Source: Phoronis australis
Taxonomy: Eukaryota; Animalia; Phoronida
Reading direction: 5' to 3'
Assembly (NCBI GenBank): GCA_002633005.1
Contig: NMRA01000056.1
Coordinates: 505,165-569,164 of the forward strand
DNA length: 64,000 nucleotides
Shown: positions 13,601-25,600 of the stretch, in pieces
Layout: every line of letters begins with the position of its first letter
Position numbering within the stretch: position 1 is the first letter of the stretch
Notes under the pieces: generated by a model
What the model saw: the letters and a program-made list of their open reading frames with translations, nothing else
The model's database searches: none
Told to the model about the DNA's origin: nothing
Translations under genes and position numbers: made by a program

Positions 13601-16600
13601 CCAATTGACGTGCTCATCTTTGGGTTAAGTGTAAACCTCCGATTTCCAGGCTTGCCGATTTAAGTGCCCAGGGCATTAACCAGCATCTTTGATGTCACAA
13701 GAAGACCATGAATATAAACTGTGAATTTAGTTGAACATTATCGAACGGTTCCACCTTCGTTAGTTAACGGACACCGAGGTAACCATTTGCTTATGCTTGG
13801 GCCATCGACGTTTCATGTGTCGTTATTGAGAGTAACACCTCAAATTTGATCTTTACACTGCATCAGAAGTGTCGATGCTACACCGTTTAATCCACCTGTT
13901 AACCAGCAATTTCTTCTTCTATCAAGGGTTAAAGTTAACCCAACAGCCTCAAAATATTGAAATGCTGACCTCGGCGTGAAAGGTTCTTGTTGGCTTTGTG
14001 AACAAGATTGGCATTTCCTCTGAAACTTTCATCTACTTGTTACTCGTTGTTAGTTGTTGGTTATCTAAGTATCATGCGATTTCCCTGCATATACTGTAAA
14101 TAATTTTTATCTTTTGTGTGGGCATGTTGTTCTGAAATGAAGAGTCTACAAAAAGTATTTTGGAGTCAAGTTAAAAATACCGAATTCTCCGCAACATTTC
14201 TTCTCATTTCTCATCTTAGTGCTTCATGTGGATTTCCTTTGTTTCGTTGATTAAATACATCATCATCTCTGGCTGTGCAAACTGCACGCTGCATACTCGG
14301 CTGCAGAGCTTAATGTTTGAACATTAGCTGGGTTGCGGACAGTTTAAAAGCACTCTTTTGTCTATTGGCAGCTCAGATCAATCGACATGAAACGTGCTGA
14401 GTGAAATAGTTAAAAGCAAATATTTAGACGTGTATACACAATTTCCGTTTGAATTTACTGATATTGATTTTATAACTTGAATCCGTTACAGTCTGCGAGT
14501 TTTACTTTAATGCATTTTGCTATCCTATCACATTTGTATCGCATGCCATCATGTTGATTGTTATGCTGCGTGCTAATAATTTTGAGAAATGCTAATAACA
14601 TTAAAGCGTGCATTTCAGCTCCTTTCGGAGAGTCAATTTGAACCTTATATTCGTTTCTGAGGGGGATGATAGGTAATTTACATCACGGATTAAGGCCGTG
14701 CACAAAGTCGGAAACATTTGATGTCTCAGTTTTTTTGAATTCATGTCATTGCTGGTCTTGCTTTACGGATTAAGACTGTGCACAAAGTCAGAAACGTTTG
14801 ATGTCTCAGTGTTTTTTGCATTCATGTCAGTGCTGGTCTTGCTTTATTCAAGTTACGCACCATTCGTAAAAGTTCGCCTGCAATGTGTTAAAAACCAGGA
14901 TGCCTTAATTGCTGTTTTCTGGGTTGTTTTAAGTTTCGTAACGATGAAAGCAAATTATATCCACAGAAATAGCACAATTCTCTAGTTTGCACAAAAATAA
15001 ATGTCGATTTTGTCATTTTTATGCACCCACATATTTATATGTGGACGCATTATGCTGTCATCTCCGTCCGTCCGGGCGGCGTCCGCTGCTTTATTTCCAA
15101 AACCTTTTGAGGTATGTTCATGAAATTTTGCACGTGTGTTCCTTTCAAGGATGGGACAGCATGAGCGAACTTTCGAACGAATGCAACTACTGGTGTGCCC
15201 CCTAGTGGTAATTTTAGTTTTTTACGCTTACCTTTGCATCTTCAAAAGTCCTCAACAGATTTTCATGAAATTTAGTATGTAGGCACCTATTAGTAAGATG
15301 ACGCTGTCCTCTCGTTTTCGGGTGGATTCGACGTCGTTTGCGCCACCTAGTGGCCATTTTTACTGTTTCCGAGTTTGTTTCTTTGCGTTCACCCCTCTAT
15401 CAACCAAACCGCTTAAAGGATGATGGTGAAAAATGGTGTGTATGTGCTTACTATGAAGAGGACAGTTTACGATGATTTTCCAACGATTTTGACTACTGTG
15501 GCACCTCCTAGTGGCAGTTTTGTTTTTTGCGCCTATGGCTGTATCTCCTTAACCGTTCGCAGGATCTTTACTTAATTTAGCAAGTGTTTTATATGATGTT
15601 GACTATGGATGACGACGACTTTCGGACAGATCTGATTTCTGCTGTGCCCCCTAGTGGCAATTTTAGTTTTTTACGTTTAACTCTGTATCTTCAAAGGTCC
15701 TCAACAGATTTTCATAAAATTTTTAATTCAGGCATCTTTTGGTGTGATGGATGGAATCGAGTATTTTGCACCACCTAGTGGCCATTTTTGCTGTTTTCAA
15801 ATCTTGTTTTTGGCACCCACCCTTGTATCAACCAAATCATTTGAAAATTGACATATCTGTTCTCAGTGTGAATGTGACCTTTGATGATGGTAACTGACTA
15901 CTATGGCGCCTCCTAGTGGTAGTTGTGCATTGCGCCCATAGTTGTATCTGCTAAATCCACTGCAGGATCTACTAAATTTAATGAGTGTATTTATATGAAG
16001 ATAACAACAGACGACAATGACTTTCAGGCGGATCCAACGGACACTGTGCTCACTAGTGGCAATTTCATTTTATTCTGTTTTCCTTTGTTTCTCTGAAGTT
16101 CGTTGGCAGATTTTTATGAAATATGACATGTTCCTGTTATTGGATGGATTGTATGTTTTTGCGCGATCTAGTGGCCATTTTTATGATACAAATAAATAAC
16201 CCTAAAAGCACACCATTTGCAATGCATTCGTGGGCGCATTTCAACGCTCTGCGTTGCTCTTGTTACTTAATTCAAAGCTGATTAATGGAAAATTTACCAA
16301 ACGTTGCTTTATGACATACGTAAGGTACAAACCATGCTAGCAACTGACGGAAATCATCTTAGTCTTTATTTTTGTGACATAATAGAATTTCACGAGTCTG
16401 CTATGTAAATGAGGAATTACGCTCTAGTAAGGTATTCACCTTATTTACGCAGTCGCCATTTTACCAGTGAGCCTCTTTTAATGCATTTGAGCCATAAATG
16501 TAACGAGGCACGCAAAAAAGTCACGCTTTGTGCTGTGATTAAGCGCAGAATGCACAATGCATTGTTTTTAAAACCTAAAAAGAGGCTCAATTTTAAATGG

Positions 16601-19600
16601 CGACCGCATGAATAAGCTGTATATCGGTATTCTTTTGACTGTTTCTGACTTGATTGGAGATTCGTGGACTTTCTATTAATAAGAACTTTTGCTAATGCAT
16701 GTCCCGTTGTTTTCCTGTTAGTACTTGAAAATAAATGTCCAGGAACAAGGTGGCAGACTGGAGATAAAACAGTCGTTCTCTTAGGAATAGATACGCGTTA
16801 ACTCTTTATGAATTATTTCAAGTCCTATTAATGAAATTGACACGCTTATTTGGTCAAACAAGTGGGTTGGTTGCTTCCACTCAATGGTGTTTCATAATTC
16901 ATAAATGTCAGGCTAGAATAGCATGTCACTGAGTGTGTGACAACTGGTCCATCCTCAGCTATCTTTTGTCAACTGTTGTGAGCTAAACGCTGACTATGTA
17001 TAATGCATGGCGACATTTGATTTCTGTGTTTGTCTGACATTAAACCAATTATCTGTCGATTGTTATGACAACCCCTGCGCAGGATGCTTTGGTAGTTTTT
17101 GCCTCAACAGGTGTGACATCTTTCTCCTCGATCTTTGTTTACCCAACCTGAGCCGCCGTTGTGCTTCACGTGGCAGTCTGTCTGCATCACTGGATCACCC
17201 CGTCATACCACTGCCAGCATCTGCCAGTGCACGACTCTGACATCGACACTGAATTTTCTCTGCCAATATTCTGTGGACAAGCACACCTGCTTTTCAATAT
17301 ACATATATCTCTGTTTCATATCTCTCACTGCCTGCATGAAGGTAAGAACTTTTTTTCGCCTGTTGCTCATAATCGCCTGTTCTCTGTCTGAAGGCAGACT
17401 CTGATTGTCTTGCTTTTACCAATCAGTCTTGCCGAACATTGCCACTAATAGCCACGCCTCTCCCTAGTGCTACTGGGTAATTTGCTTCTGAAGGTAGCTG
17501 CGTATCTTGACTAATGGTTTTGGGCATATGTACGTAACTGCCTGTAAAGGTTGCAATGGTTTACATTGATTACTTTTTTCTTTTATGACATCATGTTGTG
17601 ATGTTGTTGAAGGGTATGCTTAGTGCGGTCTGCTGAATGGTCGATACATATGTATGCTGCTTCATGTGCAGGTGCTAGACCTCAATATGCGCATATCCTG
17701 GAATTATTCAAATTTGCCACAAAGCCAGCTGCATAATGAATTACGCCCAGTCCATAGCTTACGGTAAAGTCTCATCAATTTCTGACAAAAAATAATAGCC
17801 AAAAATGCCCAATGGTTTCATTTCTCTATAACATTGCCGTGAATGTCACGAAACTTTATCTACTGCAGGGCTCGACATAACAAGCTGCATGTCACATTTG
17901 TGACCTGAAATTTGGAAATGCGAGGTGAAATTTTTGTCAGCTTGTATCAAGTCGCTAAATACGACCTGGAATTTCCAACGTATGCGAGCTGAGTTTTTAC
18001 ACTTCTCGGCAGATACCTGGCAAATATAAAGCAACTCTTGTTCATCCGACCGTTACTTGGTTGTTGCTAAATCCAAGTTTCAAAAGAACACCAACCGAGA
18101 ACAGTCCTCTCGATGACTTGTAAGCAAGTCGTGTGAACAAAGGATATGCAGATTCGATATTTGACGCGTTTCATTGGCTAACATATTCGACCACTTCTGC
18201 AAATTTCTGGATTCGGGGAAGTTTCGGGCCACTGCATAACACATGATATAACGTTGCAAAACAGCGGTGTTTCTACTAATTCTTAAGCAATCAACTTACT
18301 GAACTTTGTGGTGGACAAATATGTTTATTTTTCGCATAAAATGTCCTGATTACATGTACTAAATATCCACGACAATATCCCTGATATCGCACTGCGGCAT
18401 TGGTCGGTCTCGTTGTTAGCGCGCAAGCGGTCGCGGCAGGCAATCGTGACTTAGAGATGTGCGTCTCATTTTTATCGCTTATGAAAGCCAAATTGAAATT
18501 GACAACCCTATTAATCGTCAAACGACGGCCACGTCTTCACTTTCAGTTGTCAAGAAATTATCAAACCCCTTCACTTGTTTCTGGGGTTACGTGCGCGAAA
18601 TATGATTTGTCTTTCACACGTTGCCAACGTAAAGTGTAGGCCTACTCCAGCGATTCAAGTGCCTGAACTCGGGCGTGCGCACCACTTCAAAGCTGCACAT
18701 CAAAAGAGATCAGCAACAGTCCTAACTGAAAGAGTAAACCGGCTTGTCTTTGTTAAACACCGGGGTACGTGCCAGTGGTTTATTTGATAATGAACTCATA
18801 GATTCCCAGCGGTTATAAAAGACCTGATGCTATACAATATTCCCTGGGACCGATATAACCCAGAACTGATATTTCCTGTGACGATCTTTCCTGAGGTCGA
18901 TGTTCTCTTAACCCTATATTCTATATTTTATGCCCGTAGCCAGCTATTGCAACTAAACGGGTTCTAGATGCGAAATTGTGGTCAGCAAACTTTTTATTCT
19001 TCTCTTCATACAACCGCTCCCCCCCTCGGCAATTTTTCGCTCCTCGGACCACTGTTGCCGTAAAATGTTCAGACTCCAATAGAAACAATCTTGTTCCAGC
19101 TGAAGCGGGAAATTAAAAACAAAATTATTCCTGGTGGCTAGAAAGGGTGCAGTGTAGGTGGTAACAATATCCAGAAAATCACCCCTACTCGATGGAGTTT
19201 GCCTCGCTGAATCGCATTATAACGTTTCTTACCATTGCAGTCTTATAATATCTTATTGCCGCAAACACCCAGGTTAACTACTGTGCTCACGCACAAGCCT
19301 ACTCCATACCTTTGAAGTGTTTCATAATAAGCGCTCACTGATCTATTAAGCGTTCCCCCCTCAAGTTTTGATAATTTCCAATTAAGCGCCCACAGTTCAG
19401 GCGAGCGCCCAGCACAGCGCACTACAAATGACTGGGCGTTGTTTAAAATTGACGCGCAGCCTATAGTGTGTCACTCTCGTTTTATACAACAAATTCAGTT
19501 TTCAAAAAAGGTCTTTTCTCATATCTCCGAAAGAAAGTTAACACTAGTGACATGCGTGTTGTTTTGTGTATTTTTCCCGTACTTGGAAGGTATTGAGGAG

Positions 19601-22600
19601 CAAACTCGAATTACCCGATGGAAACCCACACGGAGTCGGGAATTATTTCGAGACTATTCATTTCATGCAAAACTAATTGTTGAGTACAAAAACAGCATAA
19701 GTACCACACTTTTGTTGTGAAATTTGCACTGAATTGTTCCCGCACATCCAAATACGTCATTCGGTTAGGGCATCGTTTCACTTTTTGGAGGGAATTTGCA
19801 CTTCGAGTTAGTTTGTATCTTTAACTACTTTGATGACAGCCAGTAGCAGGTCAGACCTAGCAAAATTGCGAACACTTTTTCAACTGGCATTTTTCCCTTT
19901 TCGCATCGCAAACTTAGCTACTCGAATGCACGTGTCAGTTAGAGAGCACTGATTAAACTTTCACATCAACCACTTGCCTTGCGCTCTTCAACCTTTCAAT
20001 GGTGGTCGTTAAGAACAGTAACACTGTACCTGCATGAACGAACTCAATTTTGCAATCTGAAATTTGCGAGTATTTAACGCTGCAAGAGCAAAGTCTAAAA
20101 TTTTCTCGATGATCTAAAAATCAATTTTGACGCGTAAAAATGGCTGGAAAATTTTGCGACCTGGCATTTATGAATGCGAGCTGGATTTTGAAAATGCGAC
20201 CTGGGATTTTGGCAAGGTAGCAAAATATGACCTGGCAATTTTAATGGCATCGAGCCCTGTACTGGTTGCCGTGGTACAATAGTACCTACTGGTTGCTGTG
20301 GTACAAAACTTTAACGTTGGTGCTGCATTTGTTGGATGGAAAAACGATGAAATCTACACTTCTCGGCCATGTTGGGTCCGGATTTAGCGAGATTCTATGG
20401 TTATCACCAAAATACATTGAGCAAAAATAACAAGTGATGGAAGGTTCCATGTTAATTTGATATTGATAATAACAATAGTAACAATGCCGTGGCTAGTACA
20501 AAGCTTGATTAATCACAAATACTTCACATCATCTAGTTGATGCTTCCGGCCATCTTTGCTCCCTGGGGAGTGTGCAAGATGAGGTTAACATGAGTGGTGA
20601 AAACGCTAGCTGTTTTTCACTGGCGTATACGCTAGCATTTTGTCGGGACACATATGTGCCATCGGCGAAAGAGTCATTTTTGTTGCGATGAATTAATTAA
20701 TGCAAGGTCTTCTTCCCTTGTGCATGCTCGTCCTTTGAAGTGAGCGGTCTACTCAATAAAAGTGTCGACAAATACGCCAACTGTGTTGTGGTCAATGGTA
20801 CTTGCAACTGTTCACATTATTGGCATTTTCGCTACTAGCAATAGAGTTGGCGAGCGTTCTATCCAGTTTTCGAATGGGGTACAACATAAGTGCAGCATCA
20901 AAATATCAAACAGATCGTGGCACCCACGATCCTAAACTGGAACTGATTAGTTGAGTGTAGCTTGTGGGTGAGATCGAAGTCAACGACTTGATATTCACCA
21001 CGCGGTCCTAATGAAAAATTCTTCTTCTGTATAATATCTGACCCCTATCTATTCTGTCTGACTTCTGTTCATGATATCAGATCCATCTTCATATCTTATC
21101 TATCTTTATAATGTATGAGCCCTCTTCATAATATCTGAATTGATTGAGGGGAAAAGTTGTTCATTAGCATGGTGGTGTTCTTGTGGTCAGGGTCTCAAGA
21201 AATGCATAAAGAGCCCTTATTGCACTAGATTCACCTGATGAAGATCGAGTTCCCATTTCAATATGACACCAGTTGCTCGTCTGCTGAGTTCTTAGTCAGC
21301 GCTCATGGTTGCGAACTAAATATAGGATGTCAAGTCAGAGCAGTGTAAACATGCCTTGGATACATAATACTCTTTCTTGAATCTTTGTTACTGTAAACAG
21401 GTTTCGACACTGACTGCTAGATCAAGAATTTCAACTTGGGGAGAATTGTAATTGACGATGTCATTCTTTCCATAATATTAACAGGGTCGACCTAACTTTC
21501 AAGTAATTTTCGACCTGTGATATGTGAAGGTTTACTTAATTGATATGGTGAACTTCAAGAAACTTAGAAAATATGTTACCCTTAGTGGTACTTTGAGAAA
21601 CTGTTTTTGAGCTGAATTTCCTGGTTTCAACCTGAATTTTCAAATTTCAACCTGAAATTTTTTTGGAAGTTGATTGTTCACTTGGAAATTTTCGGTGTCG
21701 ATTCTGCTTCTTGTGTTGTTAAGAATGTAATGAAGAATTTTTTATTGGCGGAGCAAACCAAATAATAACATCTCACGAATTTAGGTATAATAAAATTTTG
21801 CTGAATAGCAAAATTCTGTATTTTCTTTCATAAAACATGCGTCACCAAAGCCTTGAAGAAATACTTTATAGTTTTATACCATAGCCACCACCAAGTTTGA
21901 AAAAATTGTGAACAATCGCAATGGCAGAGGATACAAATATGGTTCATGTTTCAAGTTCTCTTTCAAAAGTGTAGACATGGGGCGCACTTGCAGCTTGTGG
22001 TGTAAACATAGGGTGCATTTTTTCATTTTGGCTGCTTAAAATATCATTCCTGATGTGGAAATCTATCTTCACATCTGAGCCTGGTTAATCTTCTGACATT
22101 CTCGTCTCGTGATCCTGGTTGTGGCTGGGTTCGTCTTCCTTACCGGACTCGTGTTGCACCGAATCTAGTTGCGAGACGGACGCGTTTCTCAGGAGGTTTT
22201 GTGCTGCATAATCACATGACTATCATGTGATTTGCTGTCTGACTGATTTGTTCCCAGATGATAAAACACGACCTATGTCTAACTGGATATACATCATAAG
22301 CCACTGACACGAGGTTTTTGAAATGGATTTTCAGTTCCTCTAGATTTGAGGATCGATTTCTGCTTTGTCCGAAGAAACTGAACGGACGAATCCCAAGTTT
22401 GGGTTGCGCTGGAAGTGTCCATGCTGCATAAACATGAATATCTTTTAGCGATGTTGTAGTTTGGGTGAAGGTCTGAGCGTGAACCAAATTTTGTAAATAG
22501 ACATTGACTATCCTAAATTCATGAATTACTATCAACAACAAAAGATCATTTACCTCAATGTTACACACTTAAGGGACACATGAAAACCTGTTGGTGGATA

Positions 22601-25600
22601 TTCTCGAGGATATTATGAATTGCTTAGTGTAATCAGCCGTTGTTGATATGAAATTATGTCTCATATTTTGAAAAATATGATGAACGCCAAAATGGCCTAT
22701 GCCCCAGTCTTCATAATCAAGAAAGTTAAGTTTTGGCTTTACATTCAGTATTCTAAGTTTTGCACACTGTCCCTATCAAGTATTTTTACCATAATTCCAT
22801 TCTACGTTGTGGGTAGGGGTTTGTGTCCCTTCATAAAAATCCAGGTCTGTTTAACAAAAAGAATCTCATCAAATTGGGACAAACATACCATAGGTGTCGA
22901 AATTGTGTACTAACATTCTTAACTACCCCCACCCCCCACTTTTCAGTTTTGTCTATTAGCTGTGGTTTAAGCACTGAATATGATCATGTCATTGATATTT
23001 TTTTGAAAATATTACATCCTAAATTGGTGAAATTTTACCATATTAAATTATGAAAAGCTTCAATCTCCTACCCACTTCTTTACATGATACCACCAATGCA
23101 ACAAAGACAAAACACTGTGAGAGCACCCAAGGCTTGAGGACAAAATATATTCTCAAGATGAAACCTGAGAGGACAAAATGCACACCGGAATTGGCGACAC
23201 GTCTTAGCCAACCCCCCCCCCCTCATTGTACCGATTTCTTGTGTGTCTGTTCTCCATCTTTGTAACAAAAATGGTTGATCTGAAATTCCATCCTAGTTAC
23301 TTGACAACCACAGCTTTGTTTTTGGCGAATTAACGAATCTGTTGTTTGAAGACGAACTTTGATCCAGTATTGAGACACACACTCCCACAGGCTTGTTTGG
23401 TAGTAGGGATTTGTGAATTTTTCTGTCGGTGGCGACGTGAACTATTTGCTAAAGATTCTTACGCTCTGTCCATGATTGCTATTGAGCCTTCACTTGGGAA
23501 TAATTGGGTAATGGACTAGAATCAAATTATTGCCGCGCTATCGTCTGTTGTTGTGGCCGACCATGTAGTTTATATTATTGATGTATGCGGCCACAAGTGT
23601 AGTACTAATCCACTTACTCCTGACATATTGGAGCTTCAACGGTTATCTAATGCATATTAACATCGGTTTGCTTTCAAACTAAATTAATGTGACGCTCTCC
23701 AAGTTTTATGCAGTAGGTTTTTCGAATCCGAATTTACCGTATGTAGTTTTTGCAACAATTGTTTGTGTTCTGTATCTTGGCCTTTCAGAATGAACAGCGC
23801 TGCAAGGCAAGCGGATTTTTTTCGCCATTTGTCACCAAATTGTAAAAGATGAAAGTGCAATACTGTCAGTTCAGTGGCAAATTGGTTATCTTGATTTCAC
23901 GTCAGGGAATCAATTATTCTTCGTCATACAAAGTGTGCGAGACATTGGTTTCCACTTAAGTGGTAATTTGACTGCATGAATTATTAACCCTTATTGCCTG
24001 CCCATCTAGAGCACTGTTCACAGCCTCCCTTCCCCAAGGGTGCAAAGTGTGCTTAGCCATTGTCAATGAATTCTGCTTGAAGGTTTTCATCATTATCCCA
24101 TCCTCTGTGGTGTCAGAAGAGATAATTTGTTGTCAATTTGCCACAGAGAACTGTTGTAAATTGTTAATTCCATTGTCCTGTGTATTTCCCAGGGCTTGGT
24201 TCCCTAGACTCCTCTGCAATGACTTGCTTGCTCTTGCTCCAAGACATTATTTCAATCCTTGTAGTTGTTGCATCTGCTGGCTCGGTAATGTTGGTTACAT
24301 TCACTGCAAGTTGTTGATGGCTGCTGATCGCATCTGCGAAACATTTAAAAAACTGGCTGTTTTAAAACAGTTTTGGTTTTCACTTTCGAATGTATTCGGA
24401 AATAAAATAATAAACAAAATTGGACTGTTCCTCGTTTAAGTAGAATCAAAATTTAAAGCTTGTGTGTGAAGATATTAATTACGGTTAAAATCTTCTATTT
24501 GGGACCCAAATACTTGCTAACATCACTGTATTTCTATTTTTCCAGAGGCTTACCACATTTTTGCAAGTGCTCAAAATTTTACCAAATGTTTGGTAATAGC
24601 TACGCCATACAAACCATGCCAAGATCAAGTCAAATTTTCATGACAGATGATTTTGGTTGAAAAATTTTTAAAAAAGAACTTTCACATTTCATATTGTGTC
24701 TAAAACTGAAGAATTTTTAGGGTATATATATAAACTCAGGTGCAAGGACTTCTTAAAGGTTTGTTGTTTATTTTCTTATACACAAATAACTGTTTTCCTT
24801 TTAGCTTGAAATTTAACCAACAGCCAATAGTAATCCAATAGGTAGCAATTCTAATAGCAGGAGTTTGTTTGTTGGCTTTAATCCTGTAATTTTGTTCTCC
24901 ATTGGCAAAGTTGTTATTGTTGCTTGCCTGACAAAAGACCCAGTGCTCTCACAAAGCTAGAACTAACTTGTTGCACACAAAAGATTTTTATTCCAAGTGC
25001 AACAGTGTGAGCACCTGCCTGAGGGACAATGATGTCTCCAACCGTTCCACTCCATTGGACAGGAATTGCATGGTGTACCCTGCAAGTTGGGCTTGGACTC
25101 CATTCGAACGCAAAAAAAGTTCTAATTTTGTAGAATTGGACAAAATTGCAGTGGAAATGCTTTGGAAGTCATTTGCCATCCATTTAGTTGTGATCAATTT
25201 TAATTTAGATGTCCATGTTGTCAGTGGCTGAAATTGAAAAAGATGGCTGCTTAAGCTAAATTATATGATGTGTGTGCTTTGTGAGCTGGGGTCTTCTGAG
25301 CCATTATATTTGGATCAATCCATTATGGCAAGGGGTTAGGGGTTGACACCTTGTGCAAAATTTTTGTTCAGTGAAAGATAGTTGTTGAAAAATCTCGAAA
25401 TCTCGTCTCGTTATTGTTATTATGTGACTCCACATTTGTGAACATTTTTGTTTTCTACTGATGCATAGTGCCCAGTTGAGTTGTACTGATACATTCAAAT
25501 TAAATGGCTAACTAATACCTGGTATTCTGTTTGTGAATCATAGCTCTACCCTGTGGAAGTATTGAATGTCAAAGCCATTAAAATTTCAGAATGTGTGTAC

